Virus record (IMG/VR): IMGVR_UViG_3300025577_000002 | DNA: 60,938 bases | Direction: 5' to 3' (one strand) | Source of the DNA: a virus | In this document: positions 51,178-58,751 of the stretch, piece after piece | How the letters are laid out: every line of letters begins with the position of its first letter | How positions within the stretch are numbered: position 1 is the first letter of the stretch | Notes under the pieces: generated by a model | What the model was told of the DNA's origin: nothing | What the model saw: the letters and a program-made list of their open reading frames with translations, nothing else | Database searches by the model: none | Made by a program: the position numbers and the translations under genes

Positions 51178-52194
51178 ATGGCATTTCAAAAAGTTGAGTA
51201 CGAACTTCCCAAAGCGGAAGAACGAGACATCGAGATAGAATCGTCTAGTGCTATCGAAGTGGACATCGGCGGTCGGAAAGCTAAGGCCAAAGCTAAAGAA
51301 GCTGAAGAAGAAGTCGAATTAGAGGACGATGACGCCGAATATGACGTAGAAGTCGTTGATGATACACCGAAAGCAGATCGTAACCGGAAACCGTCTGAGC
51401 CACCAGAAGAAATAACCGATGATGAGCTTGAAGACTACTCGGACAAAGTTCGCAAACGTATCCAGCACTTTAGTAAGGGATACCACGATGAGCGTAGAGC
51501 TAAGGAATCCGCACTACGAGAGCGTGAAGAACTAGAGCGTCTGACACAGAAACTCGTCGATGAGAACAAAGAGCTTAAAGGTAGTGTAAACAAGAACCAG
51601 ACAGCACTACTTGAACAAGCTAAGCGTTCCGCGACAGCAGACCATATCGCAGCTAAGAAAGCATACAAGGATGCGTATGAAGCTGGAGACGCCGACGGTG
51701 TACTGAATGCACAAGAAAGTCTATCGAATGCTAAGAATAAGGTCGATAGATTAAACAATTTTAAGTTACCACCTTTACAGACAGAAGAAACTCCTGTAAA
51801 AGTAGAACCTGAATCCACCCCTGCGCCAATCGAGGTTGATACTAAGGCGGCGTCTTGGCAACAAGACAACACTTGGTTTAACCAAGACATCGAGATGACA
51901 AGCTTCGCTTTGGGGTTGCATAACAAACTTGTCCACGAGGGAGTAAGCCCTCAGAGTGATGACTACTACGAGCGAATTGATACTCGTATGCGACAGTTAT
52001 TCCCCGAAAAATTCGAGGACTCAGAGGAAGTACAAAAACCTAAGAGACGTTCGAATGTGGTTGCACCCGCTACGCGGAGCACAGCGCCTAAGAAGATTAG
52101 GCTCACGCAAACACAATACCAGCTCTCAAAGCGTTTAGGACTTACCCCTGAACAATACGCCAAACAGGTTGCATTAGATATGAGGAAACAGTAA
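51178..52194 (+). CDS. scaffolding protein candidate (338 aa)
   Basis: Highly charged and helical (E/K/D-rich). Located between the portal and capsid genes. Confidence 0.4.
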   Translation: MAFQKVEYELPKAEERDIEIESSSAIEVDIGGRKAKAKAKEAEEEVELEDDDAEYDVEVVDDTPKADRNRKPSEPPEEITDDELEDYSDKVRKRIQHFSKGYHDERRAKESALREREELERLTQKLVDENKELKGSVNKNQTALLEQAKRSATADHIAAKKAYKDAYEAGDADGVLNAQESLSNAKNKVDRLNNFKLPPLQTEETPVKVEPESTPAPIEVDTKAASWQQDNTWFNQDIEMTSFALGLHNKLVHEGVSPQSDDYYERIDTRMRQLFPEKFEDSEEVQKPKRRSNVVAPATRSTAPKKIRLTQTQYQLSKRLGLTPEQYAKQVALDMRKQ

Positions 52195-52643
52195 TGGCTA
52201 AGAACAGAATTGATCGTGAGCTAGAAACCCAAGAAAGCACAACCCGCAAAAAGGCTTGGTCGCGCCCCGAGGTGTTACCGTCACCAAATCCCGAGCCGGG
52301 CTATGCGTTTCACTGGGTTCGAGTAAGCACGCAAGGACAGGTCGATGCCACTAACGTATCCTCGAAATTACGCGAAGGTTGGGTGCCCTGCAAGGCAGAT
52401 GATCATCCCGAGATTACTTTGGTTGCTATCGAACAAGATCGCTTCAAAGATAACATCGTGATTGGTGGTTTGATGCTATGTAAAGCACCGACAGAACTAG
52501 TCGAAGAGCGGTCTGAACATTACAACACCCAGACTCGTTCCCAGATGAACTCTGTTGATAACAACCTTATGAGAGAGAATGACCCTCGTATGCCTCTGTT
52601 CAATGAACGGAAAACGAAGGTTACTTTTGGAAATGGGACTTAA
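52194..52643 (+). CDS. hypothetical head-module protein (149 aa)
   Basis: TAATG overlap with the previous gene. No recognisable motif. Confidence 0.45.
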   Translation: MAKNRIDRELETQESTTRKKAWSRPEVLPSPNPEPGYAFHWVRVSTQGQVDATNVSSKLREGWVPCKADDHPEITLVAIEQDRFKDNIVIGGLMLCKAPTELVEERSEHYNTQTRSQMNSVDNNLMRENDPRMPLFNERKTKVTFGNGT

Positions 52644-52657
52644 TTTAGGAGCTTATA

Positions 52658-53263
52658 ATGGCTTACCCAACTGTAAGTGGCCCTTCTGGGCTAGTTCCGG
52701 TAAAACTAGTAAGTGGCGTACCTTTCGTGGGCGTAACTCGTCAATATAGCATTGCGAGCAACTATGCCACGAGCATCTTTAATGGTGATGCTGTTCAACT
52801 GGTTACCGGAGGCACCGTCGAACGCGATACTGCTGACGCTGCAATGACGCCTATCGGCGTATTCTTAGGCTGTACTTATACTGATCCCGTACTGGGCTAC
52901 CAGTTGTTCAGTCAGTACTACCCGGCGAATACCGTCGCATCTGACATCATGGCTTACGTCGCTGATGCTACCGATGTTCTGTTTAAAGTTGCTGTTTTGT
53001 CTTCAGCTGCGGGTGCAACCCCAGTTATCGGCGATCTCGCAATTACAGACCTTGGCGCAAACGTAGCAATGATCAACAATGTTGGCGATACCGCTACTGG
53101 AAATTCCCGATGTGGTATTTCTGACACTACGGCTACAACTAACACTCTGCCTTTACGGATTGTGTCGTTAGTAGAAGAAACCAAAAATGTATCCGGTGGT
53201 TACACTGAAGCTCTCGTTAAGTGGAACGCAGGTCATCAGATGAACAGCCTAACCGGCATTTAA
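52658..53263 (+). CDS. capsid-associated/decoration-like protein (201 aa)
   Basis: AGGAG RBS upstream. It is immediately upstream of the major capsid gene, the lambda D-before-E type order. The sequence is beta-rich. Confidence 0.35.
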   Translation: MAYPTVSGPSGLVPVKLVSGVPFVGVTRQYSIASNYATSIFNGDAVQLVTGGTVERDTADAAMTPIGVFLGCTYTDPVLGYQLFSQYYPANTVASDIMAYVADATDVLFKVAVLSSAAGATPVIGDLAITDLGANVAMINNVGDTATGNSRCGISDTTATTNTLPLRIVSLVEETKNVSGGYTEALVKWNAGHQMNSLTGI

Positions 53264-53276
53264 GAGGGAATAACAA

Positions 53277-54182
53277 ATGGCTATTTCACGCGCCCAGCTC
53301 CTTAAAGAGCTACTACCCGGACTAAATGCTTTATTTGGTTTGGAATACGCAAAGTATGGCGAAGAACATTCCCAGATCTTTGAAACCGAATCCTCAGATC
53401 GTTCTTTTGAGGAAGAGACTAAATTATCTGGCTTCTCAGCAGCACCTGTCAAAGGCGAAGGCTCAGCCATCGAATATGACAATGCTCAAGAAGCGTGGAG
53501 TGCTCGTTATGTGCACGAAACCATTGCGATGGGTTTCTCAATTACTGAGGAAGCTATCGAAGATAACCTGTATGACTCTTTGTCTGCTCGTTATACTAAA
53601 GCATTGGCTCGCGCCATGGCATACACTAAGCAAGTTAAGGCTGCTTCTGTACTCAACAACGCGTTTGCTAACACCACTTACGGTGACGGCCAAACTCTTT
53701 GTTCTACAGCTCACCCGCTTGTTTCTGGTGGCACCAACTCAAACCGCCCAACTGTCGCTGCTGACCTTAACGAGACTTCTCTTGAAGCCGCCGTTATTCA
53801 AATCAGTCAGTGGACCGATGAGCGTGGCTTGTTGATCGCTGCTCAACCTAAGAAACTCATCATTCCACCAGCCTTGCAGTTTGTTGCAACCCGCTTGTTG
53901 GATACTGAGGGTCGCGTAGGTACTGCGGATAACGACATCAACGCCATCCGCAATAACGGTTCTATCCCACAAGGCTACTCCGTTAACCATTATCTGACAG
54001 ACACCAATGCTTGGTTCTTGATGACTGATGTACCTAATGGCTTGAAGCACTTCGTCCGTACCCCGATGTCTACCTCTATGGATGCAGACTTCGATACAGG
54101 CAACAGCCGTTATAAAGCCCGAGAGCGTTACTCTTTCGGCGTCTCTGATCCATTGGGTATCTTCGGTTCACCCGGTGCGTAA
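53277..54182 (+). CDS. major capsid protein (301 aa)
   Basis: GAGGGA RBS upstream. Its size and position fit, and it is followed by the strongest terminator of the late arm. The sequence resembles HK97-fold capsid proteins of the Mu gpT / lambda E type (from memory). Confidence 0.8.
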   Translation: MAISRAQLLKELLPGLNALFGLEYAKYGEEHSQIFETESSDRSFEEETKLSGFSAAPVKGEGSAIEYDNAQEAWSARYVHETIAMGFSITEEAIEDNLYDSLSARYTKALARAMAYTKQVKAASVLNNAFANTTYGDGQTLCSTAHPLVSGGTNSNRPTVAADLNETSLEAAVIQISQWTDERGLLIAAQPKKLIIPPALQFVATRLLDTEGRVGTADNDINAIRNNGSIPQGYSVNHYLTDTNAWFLMTDVPNGLKHFVRTPMSTSMDADFDTGNSRYKARERYSFGVSDPLGIFGSPGA

Positions 54183-54189
54183 TTAGGGT

Positions 54190-54220
54190 GGGGGCATTAA
54201 CTTGCCCCCTTTCTTTTTTT
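54190..54220 (+). terminator. strong rho-independent terminator after major capsid gene
   Basis: Stem gggggca (54190-54196), loop ttaact, stem tgccccc (54203-54209), then tttcttttttt. Confidence 0.85.
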
Positions 54221-54288
54221 GTGTTATAAACTACCTATCCCTGACAGTTGCCTAACGCAGCTGACACTAGCCACGACAGGAGATTCTC

Positions 54289-54498
54289 ATGGCTTTATCT
54301 ACTTTTTCTGGACCAGTCCGTTCAAATAACGGCTTCCAAATCCCCGTTGTTACGACTGCCAACTTACCGGCATTTGCTGACACCGCAATCGGAACCGCTT
54401 ATATGGTTAGCGATAACGGCGCAGGCAACGACGAATATTGCATCGTAATTAATACTGGCGCTGCTTGGGTTACCGCCATTGGTGCCGCTCTTAGCTAA
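54289..54498 (+). CDS. hypothetical virion-module protein (69 aa)
   Basis: AGGAGA RBS upstream. Track ORF. Confidence 0.5.
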   Translation: MALSTFSGPVRSNNGFQIPVVTTANLPAFADTAIGTAYMVSDNGAGNDEYCIVINTGAAWVTAIGAALS

Positions 54499-54510
54499 TA
54501 GGAGGCTGGT

Positions 54511-54789
54511 ATGTCTAATTCTGATGTTCAATCTAAACGGGTTACCGCAGCAGCTTCTTTGGCTGTTGGGCCTGCACGTATTCGACAAGTTCAAGTATTG
54601 ACTACCGCTGATGGCGCAGGTCGGTTAACTATTACCGATGGTGCTGGCGGGCGTACAATACTAGACTTAGACTTCCTTGCTTCGGACTCTCACTCCGTGA
54701 ACATCCCTGATTGGGGTATTCGGTGTCAAGATGACGTACTCATTACCGCTATGACTAATATTAGCGCAATGACTGTCTTCTATAGCTAG
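54511..54789 (+). CDS. hypothetical virion-module protein (92 aa)
   Basis: AGGAGG RBS upstream. Track ORF. Confidence 0.5.
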   Translation: MSNSDVQSKRVTAAASLAVGPARIRQVQVLTTADGAGRLTITDGAGGRTILDLDFLASDSHSVNIPDWGIRCQDDVLITAMTNISAMTVFYS

Positions 54790-54798
54790 GGGTGCAGG

Positions 54799-55110
54799 AT
54801 GCGATGCTATTATAAAAAAGGTGGTTCTGTTGGGAAGTCACCTGCTTGGACGCGTAAAGCGGGCAAGAGCGAGTCTGGGGGCCTTAATAAAAAAGGCGTC
54901 GAGAGTTATCGTAAAGCAAATCCGGGCAGTAAGCTTAAAACTGCGGTTACCAAAGATCCTAGCAAGTTAAAGGCAGGCTCTAAAGATGCTAACCGCCGTA
55001 AATCATTTTGTGCCCGTATGGCGGGTATGAAGAAAAAGAACACAAGCTCTAAGACGGCTAACGATCCAGATAGCCGTATCAACAAGAGTTTGCGAAAGTG
55101 GAATTGTTAA
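54799..55110 (+). CDS. small very basic protein (103 aa)
   Basis: Lys/Arg/Ser-rich (..KKGGSVGKSPAWTRKAGKSESGGLNKKG..RRKSFCARMAGMKKKN..). Confidence 0.45.
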   Translation: MRCYYKKGGSVGKSPAWTRKAGKSESGGLNKKGVESYRKANPGSKLKTAVTKDPSKLKAGSKDANRRKSFCARMAGMKKKNTSSKTANDPDSRINKSLRKWNC

Positions 55111-55131
55111 ACACCCAAAGGGGAATATTTC

Positions 55132-55422
55132 ATGAAAGGCACTAAGAAGATGATGATGGGCGGTATGACTGCCCCCGCTAGCGCCCCGGCAGCTATGCGG
55201 GACGAAGAAGCTTCTATGGATCCACGAGATCCCCGGAAGAAGAAGAAAATGTTACCTCCACGAGTACCTAGCCAAGCACCTACAGCGATGGGCGCTCCCG
55301 CAGGTATGAAATCCGGCGGTATGGCCAAGAAAGGCTATAAGTCTGGCGGTAAAGTCCGTGGCGCAGGTTGTGCTAAGCAGGGCGTTCGCAGTGCTAAAAT
55401 GGTCACCATGAAAGGCTCCTAA
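55132..55422 (+). CDS. small basic protein with C-terminal KVRGxGxAxxG motif (96 aa)
   Basis: ..YKSGGKVRGAGCAKQGVRSAKMV... It appears paralogous to the C-terminus of the 56711 ORF. Confidence 0.45.
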   Translation: MKGTKKMMMGGMTAPASAPAAMRDEEASMDPRDPRKKKKMLPPRVPSQAPTAMGAPAGMKSGGMAKKGYKSGGKVRGAGCAKQGVRSAKMVTMKGS

Positions 55423-55437
55423 TAAAAGGCGGAACTA

Positions 55438-55644
55438 ATGGAAGTTTTCCAGAATGGTCGGTTCTCGACAGGGGAACCTGTATATCAGATAGGTACACAA
55501 AACGAAGACGGCACCTATAAGGTTGTTGTCTTCGCCTTGATGAGTAAAGCGGAAGCAGAAGCAAAGCTAGCAGAGATGCAGCCTGTGGAAGCTCCAGTAT
55601 CGTATAAGATTGCTAAGAAGCCTATTAAGAAAACTGGGAAGTAA
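55438..55644 (+). CDS. hypothetical protein (68 aa)
   Basis: Track ORF with a GGCGGA weak RBS. Confidence 0.4.
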   Translation: MEVFQNGRFSTGEPVYQIGTQNEDGTYKVVVFALMSKAEAEAKLAEMQPVEAPVSYKIAKKPIKKTGK

Positions 55645-55646
55645 CC

Positions 55647-56333
55647 ATGACCACATCGGGTACCACAGCGTTCAACATGGACTTTACGGAAATCGCTGAA
55701 GAAGCGTGGGAACGTGCTGGACGTGAAATGCGTTCGGGGTACGACCTCCGTACTGCCAGACGTTCTATGAACTTGATGACAATCGAGTGGCAGAACCGTG
55801 GTATAAACATGTGGACGATTGATGAGGGTACTATAAACCTCGTCGATGGAACTTCTGAGTATACTCTCCCTGCGGATACCATTGATCTGATGGAACACCA
55901 AATCCGTACAGGGGCAGGCAATCAAGCAACACAATCCGACCTTACCATAAGTCGTATTAGTGTTAGTACCTACGCGGCTATCCCTAATAAGTTATCACGG
56001 GGTAGACCAATACAGCTCTACATTGAACGGCTACGAGATGCGCCTAAAGTTAATCTGTGGCCAGTACCGGACAATGACAACTACGTCTTGTACTACTGGC
56101 GTATGCGCCGGATTGAAGACGCGGGTAGTGGCGTGCAGACTTCGGATATGAACTTTCGATTCTTACCAGTACTAGTGGCGGGTCTAGCGTTCTACATCGC
56201 TATGAAAATACCTGAGCTTGCAGACCGAATCTCGATGCTTAAACAAGCTTATGAAGAGCAGTTCGCGTTAGCCGCAGGCGAAGACCGGGAGAAGACATCC
56301 GCACGGTTTGTCCCTAGAATAGGTAGGATATAG
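55647..56333 (+). CDS. head-tail connector/adaptor-like structural protein (228 aa)
   Basis: Its position lies between the capsid and tail genes. The N-terminal ..FTEIAEEAWERAGREMRSGYDLRTARRSMNLMTIEWQNRGINMWT.. pattern is one I associate with podovirus adaptor proteins (from memory only). Confidence 0.35.
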   Translation: MTTSGTTAFNMDFTEIAEEAWERAGREMRSGYDLRTARRSMNLMTIEWQNRGINMWTIDEGTINLVDGTSEYTLPADTIDLMEHQIRTGAGNQATQSDLTISRISVSTYAAIPNKLSRGRPIQLYIERLRDAPKVNLWPVPDNDNYVLYYWRMRRIEDAGSGVQTSDMNFRFLPVLVAGLAFYIAMKIPELADRISMLKQAYEEQFALAAGEDREKTSARFVPRIGRI

Positions 56334-56334
56334 C

Positions 56335-56700
56335 GTGGGCAATAGGTTTGCATCCTCTAAGAAAGCTCTAGCGCTTTGTGATGTGTGCGGGTTTGAGTAC
56401 AAGCTACGCGAACTACGCAGCCTTATTGTTAAGGGCAGAGACACGAATATTAAGGCGTGTCCAGAATGTTGGAACCCTGACCAGCCACAGAACAAGCTGG
56501 GGGAGTTCCCCGTTGATGATCCGCAGGCCATACGCAACCCGAGAATAGATACAAGTATCGGTATAGCTGGGAGTCGGAGCAGTCGAGATATTCAGTGGGG
56601 CTGGAATCCCGTGGGTGGTGGAAGCGACCCGTACGGACTAACCCCTAACACGTTACTTGGTACTGGATATATAGGCCAAGTTATCATAGACATTACGTAG
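56335..56700 (+). CDS. virion-module zinc-ribbon protein (121 aa)
   Basis: It starts with GTG directly after the previous stop. Contains ..CDVCGFEY...CPECWNPD... Confidence 0.45.
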   Translation: MGNRFASSKKALALCDVCGFEYKLRELRSLIVKGRDTNIKACPECWNPDQPQNKLGEFPVDDPQAIRNPRIDTSIGIAGSRSSRDIQWGWNPVGGGSDPYGLTPNTLLGTGYIGQVIIDIT

Positions 56701-56710
56701 GAGTGCTAAA

Positions 56711-56878
56711 ATGAATGTTTTTGGGATGGAAGAAGTGAAGGTTATCAAGGATAAAGGCGTGCGCCCATGCGGTCACGGCCCTAAGCCGGATATGAAAGGC
56801 GTCAAAACCACGGGGATTAAAGTCCGTGGTGTTGGTGCAGCAACCAAGGGAACTATGGCCCGTGGGCCGATGGCGTAA
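56711..56878 (+). CDS. small basic protein with KVRGxGxAxKG motif (55 aa)
   Basis: Not in the track. TAGGAG RBS upstream. Translation is MNVFGMEEVKVIKDKGVRPCGHGPKPDMKGVKTTGIKVRGVGAATKGTMARGPMA. Confidence 0.4.
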   Translation: MNVFGMEEVKVIKDKGVRPCGHGPKPDMKGVKTTGIKVRGVGAATKGTMARGPMA

Positions 56879-56881
56879 AAC

Positions 56882-57511
56882 ATGAACTATACTGAGCTGA
56901 AAGTTAACATCCAAGACATCTGTGAGACCACTTTCACAGACGAGCAGCTCGCTATGTTTACGCAGCAGGCTGAACAAACCATATACAACACAGTCCAGAT
57001 ACCTGCACTGCGAAAGAACGTGACAGGTACACTGACCCAAAACGTTGGTTACCTGTCTATCCCGACAGATTTCTTATGGGCTTACTCGTTGGCGGTTGTG
57101 GATGCCGCTGGGGATTACCATTTCCTCCTCAATAAAGACGTAAACTTTATTCGTGAGGCGTACCCTACTACCACATCTGTTGGGCTACCACAGCATTACG
57201 CTTATTTTGACGACAATTCGTTTCTCCTCGGGCCTACCCCTAATAGTGGGTACGCCATGGAACTGCACTACGGGTATTACCCAGAATCTGTTGTTACCGC
57301 TGGAACTACGTGGTTAAGCGACGAATTTGATTCTGCACTATTGAACGGGGCGCTACTACAAGCAATCCGGTTTATGAAGGGCGAACCAGACGTTGTGCAG
57401 ATGTACGAAAAACTGTATGTCCAAGCAATTAAACTACTCAAAAATCTTGGGGACGGTAAACTTAGAGAAGACGCGTATCGTTCGGGTCAATTCCGTACCC
57501 CAGTACAGTAA
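56882..57511 (+). CDS. hypothetical virion structural protein (209 aa)
   Basis: Track ORF in the connector/tail module. Confidence 0.5.
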   Translation: MNYTELKVNIQDICETTFTDEQLAMFTQQAEQTIYNTVQIPALRKNVTGTLTQNVGYLSIPTDFLWAYSLAVVDAAGDYHFLLNKDVNFIREAYPTTTSVGLPQHYAYFDDNSFLLGPTPNSGYAMELHYGYYPESVVTAGTTWLSDEFDSALLNGALLQAIRFMKGEPDVVQMYEKLYVQAIKLLKNLGDGKLREDAYRSGQFRTPVQ

Positions 57512-57526
57512 GTTAGGAGATAAAAA

Positions 57527-57955
57527 ATGGCAATTTCGCAGGCAATGTGTACATCGTTTAAACTAGCCCTTCTCGATGGTGAGATGGACTTTAGTAGCGA
57601 TACGGCACAAACATTTAAGATCGCACTGTACACATCTAGTGCGACCCTAGGCGCTGCCACCACGGCGTACTCTGTGACCAACGAAATCTCAGGAACCGGT
57701 TATGTTGCTGGGGGTAATACGTTGACCGTAGTAGCTCCGACTACTTCTGGTACCACAGCACTGTTGGATTTCGCAGACACTACGTGGTCAACCGCAACTA
57801 TCACAGCCCGAGGCGCACTCATATACCAGTCTGGGGGTACTAACCCCGCAGTAGCGGTTATTGATTTTGGCGCAGATAAGATATCCACAGCCGGTGACTT
57901 TACTATCCAGTTCCCAGTTGCCGACGCATCTAACGCCATTATTCGAATCGCCTAG
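57527..57955 (+). CDS. hypothetical virion structural protein (142 aa)
   Basis: AGGAGA RBS upstream. Beta-rich sequence in the tail module. Confidence 0.5.
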   Translation: MAISQAMCTSFKLALLDGEMDFSSDTAQTFKIALYTSSATLGAATTAYSVTNEISGTGYVAGGNTLTVVAPTTSGTTALLDFADTTWSTATITARGALIYQSGGTNPAVAVIDFGADKISTAGDFTIQFPVADASNAIIRIA

Positions 57956-57964
57956 GGAGGCTAG

Positions 57965-58741
57965 ATGCCATCTTCTGCTACATATACAGGCTGGGGTAGA
58001 GCTGCTTGGGGCCAAGGCTCTTGGGGCACTGACCTTGTAGTAGTATTAGTCGATGGCGTTGCGGCTACAAGTGCTCTTGGTACTGTCGCTATTAGTGGCG
58101 CAGCAACTGCGCAACCTTCCGGGCTAGAAGCTACTAGCAGTGTGGGTACGGTAGTTGTATCGGCAAACGCGGATGTTTCTGTAACAGGACTCGAAGCTAC
58201 TAGCGCCCTAGGAACTGTCGCGGTTACCGCGAATGCGAACGTAGATGTAACTGGAGTGGCTGCGGCGAGTGCTCTTGGTACCGTAGTTGTAGCGGCAAAC
58301 GCAGATGTTCCCGTAGTGGGCGTAAATGCCACTGGCAGCCTCGGAGCTGTAGCCGTTGTAGGTACCGCTAATGTCTACCCCATAGGGGTAAGCACGACTG
58401 GAATTATTGGTACGGTCGCTACTAACGCCGCTGCGAACGTACCTGTTTCTGGAGAAGTAGCGACAGGCGCTGTTGGTAATGTATCGATAGCGCTCGGTAT
58501 CGTAGAGAAGGTAACAGGGGTCTACGGGCAAACGCGTGTCGGCACTGTAATCGTATCCGCAAATGCTAGTGTAGTAGTAACTGGGATCCAAATAACAGGG
58601 TTTGTTGGTGGAGTCAACGTTTGGGGGGAAATTGATGACAATCAGGATCCGAACTGGCAGAATATCAGCAGTACCCAAACCCCTACTTGGGATAACGTGT
58701 CACGACAACAGACCCCGAATTGGGGAAACATTGCCGCATGA
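57965..58741 (+). CDS. repeat-rich tail/fibre-associated protein (258 aa)
   Basis: GGGAGG RBS upstream. The N-terminus is GWGRAAWGQGSWG. About 10 degenerate units of ..TGxxATSALGTVAVxANAxV.. follow, and the tail is a W-x-N-I/V-S..QTP-x-W repeat. Confidence 0.55.
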   Translation: MPSSATYTGWGRAAWGQGSWGTDLVVVLVDGVAATSALGTVAISGAATAQPSGLEATSSVGTVVVSANADVSVTGLEATSALGTVAVTANANVDVTGVAAASALGTVVVAANADVPVVGVNATGSLGAVAVVGTANVYPIGVSTTGIIGTVATNAAANVPVSGEVATGAVGNVSIALGIVEKVTGVYGQTRVGTVIVSANASVVVTGIQITGFVGGVNVWGEIDDNQDPNWQNISSTQTPTWDNVSRQQTPNWGNIAA

Positions 58742-58751
58742 GGTTAGCTAA

